Origin: Malacoraja senta
Lineage: Eukaryota
NCBI GenBank assembly: GCA_038087875.1
Contig: JAXLNO010000252.1
Coordinates: 310,001 to 374,000 of the forward strand
Direction: 5' to 3'
DNA length: 64,000 nt
Made by a program: the position numbers and the translations under genes. Below, piece after piece: positions 17,965 through 28,474 of the stretch; positions within the stretch are counted from its first letter, which is position 1, and each line of letters begins with the position of its first letter. Under the pieces are notes generated by a model. That model saw only the letters and a program-made list of their open reading frames with translations, had not been told where the DNA came from and did not search any database.

Positions 17965-18480
17965 GTTCAAGTTGGGAAAAGGGGAAGTACAACGGGATCT
18001 GGGGGGTCCTTGTACATCAGTCTATGAAAGTAAGCATGCAGGTACAGCAGGCAGTGAAGAAAGCCATGTTGGCCTTCATAACAAGAGGAGTTGAGTGTCG
18101 GGGCAAAGAGGTCCTTCTGCAGTTGTACAGGGCCCTAGTGAGACCACACCTGGAGTATTGTGTGCAGTTTTGGTCCCCTAATTTGAGGAAGGCCATTCTT
18201 GCTATTGAGGGAGTGCAGCGTAGGTTCACCAGGTTAATTTCTGGGATGGCGGGACTGTCATATGCTGAGAGAATGGAGCGGCTGGGCTTGTACACTCTGG
18301 AGTTTAGAAGGATGAGAGGGCATCTCATTGAAACATATAAAATTATTAAGGGTTTGGACACGCTAGAGGCAGGAAAACATGTTCCTGATGTTGGGGGAGT
18401 CCAGAACCAGGGGCCACGGTTAAGAATTAGGGTTCGGCCATTTAGAACGGATGAGGGAACATTTTTTCACAGAGGGTTGT
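17965..18480 (+). mobile_element. CR1 LINE RT C-terminal fragment
   Basis: MKVSMQVQQAVKKA...[16 protein letters not shown]. Confidence 0.9.
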
Positions 18481-18610
18481 GTTGTCACCCAGCCTTCAGC
18501 CAACCATGGACACCTTCCTCAACCTTCATTACTTTTTTCCATATTTTTCATTCCTTTGATCTGTAAATCTCTTCATTGCGTTCGAAATCCTCGATTCACT
18601 CTCCCCTGAC

Positions 18611-18830
18611 AGTCTGGAGAAGGGTCTCGACCCGAAACGTCATCTAGCCATGTTCTCCACAGATGCTGCCTGACCCGCTGAGTTACTCCAGCACTCTGTG
18701 AAACGTCACCTATCCATGTTCTCCACAGATGCTGCCTGACCCGCTGAGTTACTCCAGCACTCTGTGAAACGTCACCTATCCATGTTCTCCACAGATGCTG
18801 CCTGACCCGCTGAGTTACTCCAGTGTTTTG
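18611..18830 (+). mobile_element. Penelope-like terminal-repeat fragment with a mutated hammerhead core, followed by 64-bp tandem units
   Basis: CTGGAGA-AGGGTCTCGACCC-GAAACGTC, then repeats of GAAACGTCACCTATCCATGTTCTCCACAGATGCTGCCTGACCCGCTGAGTTACTCCAG. Confidence 0.75.
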
Positions 18831-18871
18831 TCCCTGTCCAATGTCTGAATTGTCTGCTCTCTCTTCCTCAG

Positions 18872-18909
18872 TGAACCTGCCCAGAGGGAACTCGGAGGAA
18901 GAACTCAAG
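18872..18909 (+). CDS. TAPBP: Tapasin cytoplasmic exon ([13 protein letters not shown])
   Basis: Polypyrimidine tract with CAG acceptor, GTAAGT donor, 38 nt; phase 1 to 0 keeps frame with the TM exon. Confidence 0.85.
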
Positions 18910-18949
18910 GTAAGTGATCCACTGTTGCCATTGGGATGGTGAAATCTCA

Positions 18950-19470
18950 AGACACCGAGTCACGGAGTCACAGAGACAAAGAGTCACAGATACACAGTCA
19001 CGGAGACACATAGTCACAGAGTCACAGAGACACAGACATACGGAGACACAGAGACACAGAGACACGGAGACACGGTCACAGAGACACAGAGACACAGGGA
19101 CACAGTCACAGAGACACAGAGACACAGAGACACAGGGACACAGTCACAGAGACACAGTCACAGAGACAGAGACACAGTCACAGAGACAGAGACACAGTCA
19201 CAGAGACACAGAGACACAGAGACACAGAGACACAGAGACACAGTCACAGAGACACAGTCACAGAGACAGAGACACAGAGACACGGAGACACGGAGACACA
19301 GAGACACGGAGACACGGAGACACGGAGACACGGAGACACGGAGACACGGAGACACGGAGACACGGAGACACGGAGACACGGGGACACGGGGTCACGGAGA
19401 CACGGAGACAGGGACACAGAGACACAGAGACACAGGGTCACAGAGACACAGAGACACAGAGACACAGAGA
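18950..19470. repeat. (GACACRGA)n 8-bp-type microsatellite
   Basis: Tandem GACACAGA/GACACGGA units. Confidence 0.92.
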
Positions 19471-19866
19471 GGGTATCTCATTGAAACATATAAGATTATT
19501 AAGGGTTTGAACATGCTAGAGGCAGGAAACATGTTCCCGATGTTGGGGGAGTCCAGAACCAGGGGCCACAGTTTAAGAATAAGGAGTAAGCCATTTAGAA
19601 CGGACACGAGGAAACACTTTTTCTCACAGAGAGTGGTGAGTCTGTGGAATTCTCTGCCTCAGAGGGCGGTGGAGGCAGGTTCTCTGGATGCTTTCAAGAG
19701 AGAGCTAGATAGGGCTCTTAAAGATAGCGGAGTCAGGGGATATGGGGAGAAGGCAGGAATGGGGTACTGATTGGGGATGATCAGCCATGATCATATTGAA
19801 TGGCAGTGCTGGCTCGAAGGACCGAATGGCCTCCTCCTGCACCTGTTGTCTATTGTCTGTTGTCTA
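19470..19866 (+). mobile_element. CR1 LINE 3' end
   Basis: GNMFPMLGESRTRGH...WNSLP ORF followed by a CTATTGT-like tail. Confidence 0.9.
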
Positions 19867-19957
19867 TCACATGTAATTTGTGGTTTTGCATGCACTGTTA
19901 TTGCAGAACTCCTTCAGAGCGGCACGGTGGCGCAGCGGCAGAGTTGCTACCTTACAG

Positions 19958-20530
19958 AGGGAGGGGGGAGAGAGGGAGGGGGAAGGGAGTGAGGGAGAGA
20001 GGGATTGAGAGAGGAAGGGGGGGTGGAGGGAGGGAGTGAAGGAAGGGGAGAATGAAGAGGGGGAGAGAGGGATTGAAAGAGGGATTGAGAGGGGGAGAGA
20101 ATGAAGGGGAGAATGGAGAGCGGGAGGGATGGAGGGAGGGGTGAGGGCATGGAGAGAGGGAAGGGGAGGATGGGGGTAGGAAGGTGGGGGGATGGAGAGG
20201 TAGAGAGGGAGGGGGAGAATGGAGAGCGGGAGGGGCAGTGGAGGGAGGAAGGAAGAGAGGGAGGGGGCATGGAAGAGCGATTGAGAGAGGGAAGGGGAGA
20301 ATGAAGAGCGGGGGGAGTGGAGGGAGGAGGTGGGTGGAAAGGAGGGGAGAGAGGAATGGAAGGAAAAGGAAGGGAGGGGGAAGGGAAGAATGGGGAGGGA
20401 GTAGTGGAGGGAGGGAGGGGGACATGTAGCGAGCGAAGGGGAGAATGGAGAGCTGGAGGGGGAGCGAGGGGAGGGAGGGGAGGGGGGAGGATGGAGGGAG
20501 GGTGAGAGGGAGGCAGCAGAGGAGAGGGGG
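19958..20530. repeat. GA-rich polypurine low-complexity tract
   Basis: Almost exclusively G/A on +. Confidence 0.92.
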
Positions 20531-20579
20531 AAGACAGTGATGCTTTGTCTAAACCTCCTCTCTGTCATTTGTCTTCCAG

Positions 20580-20591
20580 AAGAGAAACTAA
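20580..20591 (+). CDS. TAPBP: Tapasin terminal coding exon (KRN*), completing the C-terminal KKRN ER-retrieval motif
   Basis: TTTGTCTTCCAG acceptor then AAG AGA AAC TAA; same architecture as mammalian K|KAE*. Confidence 0.82.
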   Translation, partial: KRN

Positions 20592-20919
20592 CCCTGTGAA
20601 CAGCGGCCATAAGGCAGGGGTAGGTATACACTGCGGGGAGGGGGGGGTAGGAGGGGGAAGGGGGGAGGGGGAGGGGGAGGTCCCCACCATCTCTGCTACC
20701 TGAGGGTGGGTCCTGTAAATCCCTCGCCTCCACATTGGTAGTTCAGCCCATCATCTCCTCCCTACCAATGGCTATCAGTAGACCAAGCAATGATGGGAGT
20801 GACCGGGTCGGGCGGGAACAGAGTGCTGGAGTAACTCAGCGGGTCAGGCAGCATCTGTGGAGAACATGGATAGGTGACGTTTCACAGAGTGCTGGAGTAA
20901 CTCAGCAGGTCAGGCAGCA

Positions 20920-21040
20920 TCAATTGAGGAGCAGCACCTCATATTTTTGCTTGGGCAGCTGACACCCCCAGCGGTATGAACATTGACTTCTCCAACTTCA
21001 AGTGAAACCTTGCTCTCTCTCTCTCTCCATCCCTTCCCCC
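20920..21040 (+). mobile_element. Penelope-like GIY-YIG endonuclease C-terminal remnant
   Basis: GAGGAGCAGCACCTCATATTT...AGCGGTATGAACATTGACTTCTCCAACTTC, the same segment as 43430-43510. Confidence 0.7.
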
Positions 21041-21044
21041 TTCC

Positions 21045-22800
21045 CAATAGGTGCAGGAGTAGGCCATTCGGCCCTTTGAGCCAGCACCGCCATTCAATGT
21101 GATCATGGCTGATCATCCCCAAATCAGTACCCCGTTCCTGCCTTCTCCCCACATCCCCTGACTCCGCTATTTTAAGAGCCCTATCTAACTCTCTCTTGAA
21201 AGCATCCAGAGAACCGGCCTCCACCGCCCTCTGGAGGCAGAGAATTCCACAGACTCACAACTCTCTGTGTGAAAAAGTGTTTCCTCATCTCCGTTCTAAA
21301 TGGCTTACCCCTTATTCTTAAACTGTGGCCCCTGGTTCTGGACTCCCCCAACATCGGGAACATGTTTCCTGCCTCTAGCGTGTCCAAACCATTAACAATC
21401 TTATATGTTTCAATAAGATCCCCTCTCATCCTTCTAAACTCCAGAGTGTACAAGCCCAGCTGTTCCATTCTCTCAGCATATGACAGTCCCGCCATCCCGG
21501 GAATTAACCTGGTGAACCTACGCTGCACTCCCTCAATAGCAAGAATGTCCTTCCTCAAATTAGGGGACCAAAACTGCACACAATACTCCAGGTGTGGTCT
21601 CACTAGGGCCCTGTACAACTGCAGAAGGACCTCTTTGCTCCAATACTCAACTCCTCTTGTTATAAAGGCCAACATGCCATTCGCTTTCTTCACTGCCTGC
21701 TGTACCTGCATGCTTCCTTTCATAGACTGATGTACAAGGACCCCCAGATCCCGTTGTACTTCCACTTTTCCCAACTTGACGTCAGTTAGATAGTAATCTG
21801 CCTTCCTGTTTTTGATACCAAAGTGGATAACCTCACATTTATCCACATTAAACTTCATCTGCCATGCATCTGCCCACCACCCCAACCTGTCCAAGTCACT
21901 CTGCATTCTCATAGCATCCTCCTCACAGTTCACACTGACACCCAGCTTTGTGTCATCTGCAAATTTGCTAATGTTACTTTGAATCCCTTCATCCAAATCA
22001 TTGATGTATATTGTAAATAGCTGCGGTCCCAGCACCGAGCCTTGCGGTACCCACTAGTCACTGCTGGTCCCAGCACCGAGCCTTGCGGTACCGCACTAGT
22101 CACTGCTGGTCCCAGCACCGAGCCTTGCGGTACCCCACTAGTCACTGCCTGCCATTCTGAAAGGGACCCGTTAATCCCTATTCTTTGTTTCCTGTCTGCC
22201 AACCAATTTTCTATCCATGTCAGCACTCTACCCCAATACCATGTGCCCTAATTTTGCCCACTAAACTCCCATGTGGGACCTTATCAAATGCTTTCTGAAA
22301 GTCCAGGTACACTACATCCACTGGTTCTCCCTTGTCCATTTTCCTAGTTACATCCTCAAAAAATTCCAGAAGATTAGTCAAGCGTGATTTCCCCTTCGTA
22401 AATCCATGCTGACTCGGACCGATCCTGTTACTGCTATCCAAATGTTCGGCTATTTCATCTTTTATACTCGACTCCAGCATCTTCCCCACCACCGATGTCA
22501 GGCTAACTTGGTCTATAATTCCCTGTTTTCTCTCTCCCGCCTTTCTTAAAAAGTGGGATAACATTAGCTACCCTCCAATCCACAGGAACTGATCCTGAGT
22601 CGATAGAACATTGGAAAATTATCACCAATGCATCCACGATTTCTAGAGCCACTCTTTAAGTACCCTGGGGTGCGGAGCATCAGGCCCTGGGGATTTATCA
22701 GCCTTCGGTCCCATCAGTCTACCCAACACCATTTCCTGCCCAATGTGGATTTCCTTCAGTTCCTCCGTCACCCCAGATCCTCTGGCCACTGGTACATCAG
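21045..22800 (-). mobile_element. 5'-truncated CR1 LINE, RT domain with frameshifts
   Basis: [23 protein letters not shown] (x3), FADDTK motifs. Confidence 0.95.
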
Positions 22801-24104
22801 GAATATTTCCTCCCACACTCCAAAGACGTGCAGGTTTGTCGGTTAATTGGCTTGGTGTAAATGTAAAAATTGCCTCCAATGGCTGTAGGATGGTGTTAGT
22901 GTGCGGGGATCGTTGGTTGGCACCAACCCGGTGGGCCGAAGGGCCTGTTTCCGTGCTGTATCTCTGAACTAAGCTAAACTAAAAAAAGATTCACCACCCT
23001 CTGACTAAAGAAATTCCTTCGTGAAAGAACGTCCTTTAATTCTGAGGCTGTGACCTCTAGTCCTAGACTCTCCCCACTTTCCACAGACATGCATACCTAC
23101 ACATAAAAAACAATAGTGGAATATTAATAGTTCTTAAGTAGTTCAGAGCTTATTTCAGTTTGTGCTGTTGACTCTAACACCCATACTGATCAAGAATCTA
23201 TCTATCTCTGCCTTAAATATATCAATAGACAACAGGTGCAGGAGTAGGCCATTTGGCCCTTCGAGCCTGCACCGCCATTCAATGTGATCATGGCAGATCA
23301 TCCCCAATCAGTACCCCGTTCCTGCCTTCTCCCCATATCCCCTGACTCCACTATCTTTAAGAGCCCTATCTAGCTCTCTCTTGAAAGTATCAGAACCGGC
23401 CTCCACCGCCCTCTGAGGCAGAGAATTCCCACAGACTCACCACTCTGTGTGAGAAAAAGTGTTTCCTCGTCTCCGTTCTAAATGGCTTACCCCTTATTCT
23501 TAAACTGTGTGTGGCCCCTGGTTCTGGACTCCCCCAACATCGGGAACATGTTTCCTGCCTCTAGCGTGTCCAAACCCTTAATAATCTTATATGTTTCAAT
23601 AAGATATCCTCTCATCCTTCTAAATTCCTAAACATGAATTGTTTTTCCAGGTTCTTGTTCGTGACACCTTTGCCAATCGCGTCTACGGAAAGCAGACTGG
23701 ACCCTTCTCCAGTTACCTGTTGGACCCCCCCCCCCCCCCATGCTTCAACACCGGGTGATGGATGGTGTGTGTGGGCTGTTATCGAGTTGTATACAATTAT
23801 TTTCAGCGAGTGCACTGTTACCGATTAAACTGCGTCTGCGTTTGTGTCTACCCAATCTGTCTGGCGTCACAGTTCATTGTTCTGTTCCAGGAATGTGTGG
23901 ATCCACATCTTGCAAGAACCCTTCTCATTGTCGTAAGTTTGGGGAGCAGAATGAGGCCCTTCGGCCCAACACGGCATGCTGTAAACCATGTCATCGTGTC
24001 ATGGAGCATTGTATGTGCAGTTTTGGTCTGTAACTCAGCCCTGCCAATGTCCGTCAACCACTAACTCCTTTATCTTGCTGACATTGAGGGAAAGGTTCAG
24101 GAAG

Positions 24105-24777
24105 TTCAAGTTGGGGAAAAGGGGAATTACAACGGGATCTGGGGTCCTTGTTCATCGCTCACTGAAAGTAACCATGCAGGTACAGCAGGCAGTGAAGAAA
24201 GCCAATGGCATGTTGGCCTTCATAACAAGAGGGAGTTGAGTATAGGAGCAAAGAGGGTCCTTCTGCAGTTGTACAGGGCCCTAGTGAGACCACACCTGGA
24301 GTATTGGGTGCAGTTTTGGTCTCCAAATTTGAGGAAGGACATCCTTGCTATTGAGGGAGTGCAGCGTAGGTTCACCAGGTTAATTCCCGGGATGGCGGGA
24401 CTGTCATATGCTGAAAGAATGGAGCGGCTGGGCTTGTACACTCTGGAGTTTAGAAGGATGAGAGGGGATCTTATTGAAACATATACGATTATTAAGGGTT
24501 TGGACACGCTAGAGGCAGGAAACATGTTCCCGATGTTGGGGAGTCCAGAACCAGGGGCCACACAGTTTAAGAATAAGGAGTAAGCCATTTAGAACGGAGA
24601 CGAGGAAACACTTTTTCTCACAGAGAGTGGTGAGTCTGTGGAATTCTCTGCCTCAGAGGGCGGTGGAGGCCGGTTCTCTGGATACTTTCAAGAGAGAGCT
24701 AGATAGGGCTCTTAAGATAGCGGAGTCAGGGGATATGGGGAGAAGGCAGGAACGGGGTACTGATTGGGGATGATCAG
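24105..24777 (+). mobile_element. CR1 LINE 3' fragment
   Basis: [12 protein letters not shown]...GNMFPMLG ORF. Confidence 0.9.
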
Positions 24778-24869
24778 GATAGTGTTAGTGTGCGGGGATC
24801 GCTGGTCGGCACGGACCCGGTGGGCCGAAGAGCCTGTTCCCACGCTGTATCTCTAAACTAAACTAAACC

Positions 24870-25340
24870 CCATTCTCCTGCCTTCTCCCCATAACCTCTG
24901 ACACATGTACTAAGTCAATCTCCACTTTAAAAATATCCACTGACTTGTGACCTCCACAGCCTTCTGCAGCAAATAATCCCACAGATTCACCACCCTCTGA
25001 CTAAAGAAATTCCTCCGCATCTCCTTCCTAAAAGAACGTTCTTTAATTCCGAGGCTGTGACCTCTGGTCCTAGACTCTCCCACTAGTGGAAACATCCTCT
25101 CCACATCCACTCTATCCAAGCCTTTCACTATTCTGTACGTTTCAATGAGGTCCCCTCCTCATTGTTCTAAACTCCAGCGAGTACAGGCCCAGTGCCGACA
25201 AACGCTCATCGTATGTTAACCCACTCATACCTGGGATCGTTCTTGTAAACCTCCTCTGGACCGTCTCCAGAGCCAGCACATCCTTCCTCAGATACGGGGC
25301 CCAAAACTGCTCACAATATTCCAAATGCAATCTGATCAGT
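24870..25340 (-). mobile_element. CR1 LINE 3' fragment, second family
   Basis: LEYCEQFWAPYLRKD and DRVDVERMFPLVGESRTRGH. Confidence 0.88.
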
Positions 25341-25424
25341 GTTGCCTGACCCACTGAGTTCCTCCAGCATTTCGCGTTTTATTCTCAGTTTATACTTTCC
25401 AGTTGAAGTTCACTGTCCTACGGA

Positions 25425-26830
25425 AGAAACAGGAAGGCAGATTATTATCTAAATGGCGTCAAGTTGGGAAAAGGGGAAGTACAACGGGATCTGGGGGTCC
25501 TTGTTCATCAGTCAATGAAAGTAAGCATGCAGGTACAGCAGGCAGTGAAGAAAGCTAATGGCATGTTGGCCTTTATAACAAGAGGAGTTGAGTATAGGGG
25601 CAAAGGGGTCCTTCTGCAGTTGTACAGAGCCTAGTGAGACCACACCAGGAGTATTGTGTGCAGTTTTGGTCCCCTAATTTGAGGAAGGACATTCTTGCTA
25701 TTGAGGAGTGCAGCGTAGGTTTACAAGGTTAATTCCCGGGTTGGCGGGACTGTCATATGCTGAGAGATGGAGCGGCTGGGCTTGTACACTCTGGAGTTTA
25801 GAAGGATGAGAGGGAAAAACCAGATCCATTTCTCAAGACATGGACACCCTTCACCGAATTCTTCCAACAATAGTACGGTGCAACACAAATTTAAATTTAA
25901 ATCCGATGCCGGGTTGGGTTAGGTGGGTGGGGGGGCGGGGGGGGAGGGGGGAGAGACAGGAGACGAGGGGCAGGTATATCTCCACCTTTCTTTTTCTTTT
26001 CTTTATTTCTATATTTTTCGGTCTTTCTTTTGATCTTTATCGAGCTATCTTTTCACTGTTCACTTTTTCTCTTTCTTGTTCTCTTTTTCTTTTCTTTTTT
26101 CATTTTCAGGTTATAAGGTTAAGTATGGAAGCTGTACAATAAATGTATAATCTCAGATGCCGAATGTTTTATCTCTACAATTGCTTCTAATAAAAAATAA
26201 ATAAAATAATGAATAAATTTAAAAATAGGATGAGAGGGGATCTCATTGAAACACATAAGATTGTTAATGGTTTGGACATGCTAGAGGCAGGAAACATGTT
26301 CCTGATGTTGGGGGAGTCCAGAACCAGGGGCCACACAGTTTAAGAATAAGGAGTAAGCCATTTAGAACGGAGACGAGGAAACACTTTTTCTCACAGAGAG
26401 TTGTGAGTCTGGAATTCTCTGCCTCAGAGGGCGGTGGAGGGCCGGTTCTCTGGATGCTTTCAAGAGAGAGCTAGATAGGGCTCTTAAAGATAGCGGAGTC
26501 AGGGGATATGGGGAGAATCTCACTGTCCTATCTGAGACAGAACCAGGGGCCACAGTCTTAGAATAAAGGGGAGGCCATTTAAGACTGAGGTGAGAAAACA
26601 TATTTTTTCACCCAGAGAGTTTGTGAATTTGTGGAATTCCCTGCCACAGAGGGCAGTGGAGGCCAAGTCACTGGATGGATTTAAGAGAGAGTTAGATAGA
26701 GCTCTGGGGGCTAGTGGAGTCAAGGGATATGGGGAGAAGGCAGGCATGGGTTATTGATTGGGGACGATCAGCCATGATCACAATGAATGGCGGTGCTGGC
26801 TTGAAGGCCGAATGGCCTCCTCCTGCACCT
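25425..26830 (+). mobile_element. CR1 LINE fragments interrupted by an L1/Tx1-like insertion
   Basis: RT C-terminal sequence resumes after 26226. Confidence 0.85.
25815..26226 (+). mobile_element. L1/Tx1-like 3' end (ORF2 C-terminus KPDPFLKTWTPF, 3'UTR, A-rich tail) with a 12-bp TSD
   Basis: AGGATGAGAGGG at 25803-25814 and 26227-26238; AATAAA-rich tail. Confidence 0.75.
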
Positions 26831-27233
26831 ATTTTCTATGTTTCTACGTTTCTATGGAACATGTTTCTTGCCTCTAGCGTGTCCAAGCCCTTAACAATCT
26901 TATATGTTTCAATGAGATATCCTCTCATCCTTCTAAACTCCAGAGTGTACAGCCCAAGCCGCTCCATTCTCTCAGCATATGACAGTCCCACCATCCCGGG
27001 AATTAACCTTGTAAACCTACGCTGCACTCCCTCAATAGCAAGAATGTCCTTCCTCAAATTAGGGGCCCAAAACTGCACCCAATACTCCAGTGTGGTCTCA
27101 CTAGGGCCCTGTACAACTGCAGAAGGACCTCTTTGCTCCTATATTGGATTCCTCTTGTTATGTGATGAATAAACCTGATCTTGATTTGACTTGACTTGTT
27201 ATTACTCCAAGTTTAAACCAGGTCTGGGATGAT

Positions 27234-27327
27234 CTGAAGAAGGGTTTCGGCCCGAAACGTTGCCTATTTCCTTCGCTCCATAGATGCTGCTGCACCCGCT
27301 GAGTTTCTCCAGCATTTTTGTGTACCT
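27234..27327 (+). mobile_element. ~90-bp Penelope-derived element with a minimal hammerhead-ribozyme core
   Basis: CTGAAGA-A-GGGT(TTCG)GCCC-GAAAC-GTT at 27234-27261. Confidence 0.75.
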
Positions 27328-27513
27328 GCCACTTTCCATTTCACTGCACATCTTGTATGTGTATGTGACGAACAAACTTGACTTGTTATTACTCCAGGTT
27401 TAAACCAGGTCTGGGATGATCTTTGCGTTTGGCTGCAGTTCCTCACCGCGCACAAAGGGGGTTGGATTCGGCGCTGTGACTTTCTGCCAGTTTGCCGAAG
27501 CCGCGCCCTGTGA

Positions 27514-27525
27514 CAAAGTGAAAGT
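27514..27525 (+). promoter_or_regulatory. IRF-E/ISRE-like motif in a CpG-rich putative promoter
   Basis: CAAAGTGAAAGT matches the IRF1/2 consensus AAA(G/C)TGAAA(G/C)T; about 80 bp upstream of a strong splice donor. Confidence 0.55.
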
Positions 27526-27539
27526 CGTGTTGAGTTCAA

Positions 27540-27603
27540 TCCCCGCGTCCGGGGGTCTGGGCGAGGGTCCGGACTGATCTGATCTGGGTCCCTGCAGATC
27601 TAG
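27540..27603 (+). other. Putative non-coding first exon of the unidentified signal-peptide gene (start approximate)
   Basis: CpG-rich unique sequence ending in AG|GTAAGT at 27603/27604. Confidence 0.5.
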
Positions 27604-28051
27604 GTAAGTTCAGGTCAAACTTATCTGGGGAGTTGTAGTGTTTTAGAAAGAACTGCTGGAATAATGGAAGGTTAGACAGAAATGCTGGAGAAACTCAGCG
27701 GGCTTTGATGAAATGCGCTGTGTGGGACCCCCGGCTCTGGGTGGGTGGCCGGAGAGGCCGGTCAAGGGTCCATGGATATCGGGTGGGGTTCGGGACGGGA
27801 CTCCCACTCCAACACCAAGAGCCGGTCTCTTCCGGGTTCCCCAATTCGGTCGTAAGTCGCGACCAGCTCTCGCAACCATGTTGCCGACGGGGCCTCCAGC
27901 AGCGGCTGAAAGGTTAAATAGTAAAGATTACTGGAGTTACGGGGGGTTGGTGTTGGTTGAGGGGTCTCAGGGGGTCGCTTGTCCGGCCACGGGAATCCGG
28001 TAAAACGGCCCGTGTTTCCCCACCGTCGGCAAAGCCTGGTGAGTGAAAACA

Positions 28052-28470
28052 GGGAACTGCAAGCGCGGGTTTTACAAAGAAAAAAGTGCTGGAGTAAACT
28101 CAGCGGGTCAGGGAGCTTCTCTGGAAAGGTATACAAAGAAAAAAAAGACACAAAGTGCTGGAGTAACTCAACGGGTCAGGCAGTGTGTATGTGGAAAGGA
28201 ACTGCAGATGCTGGTTAACAGAGAAAAATACACAAAGTGCTGGAGTAACTCAGCGGATGAGCAGTGTATGTGGAAAGGAACTGCAGACACTGGTTTACAG
28301 AGAAAAAGGCACAAAGTGCCAGAGTAACTCAGTGAGGGTCAGGCAGTGTGTGTCAAAATGAACTGCAGATGCTAGTTTACAAAGAAAAAAGACACAAAGT
28401 GCTGGAGTAACTCAGCGGGTCAGGCAGTGTGTATGTAGAAAGGAACTGCAGATGCTGTTTTACAGAGAAA
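28052..28470 (-). repeat. ~75-80-bp tandem repeats derived from the Penelope-like terminal repeat
   Basis: AAGGAACTGCAGATGCTGG...AAAGTGCTGGAGTAACTCAG repeated about 5 times. Confidence 0.8.
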
Positions 28471-28474
28471 AACA

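Noticed and set aside
19907..19955. Alternative terminal tapasin exon after TTGCAG
   Set aside because: It runs into a SINE head and GA repeat; the exon at 20580 gives the expected KKxx-stop.
27532..27544. NF-kB site next to the ISRE-like motif
   Set aside because: Only a half match (GGGGATTGAA on -); not supportable.
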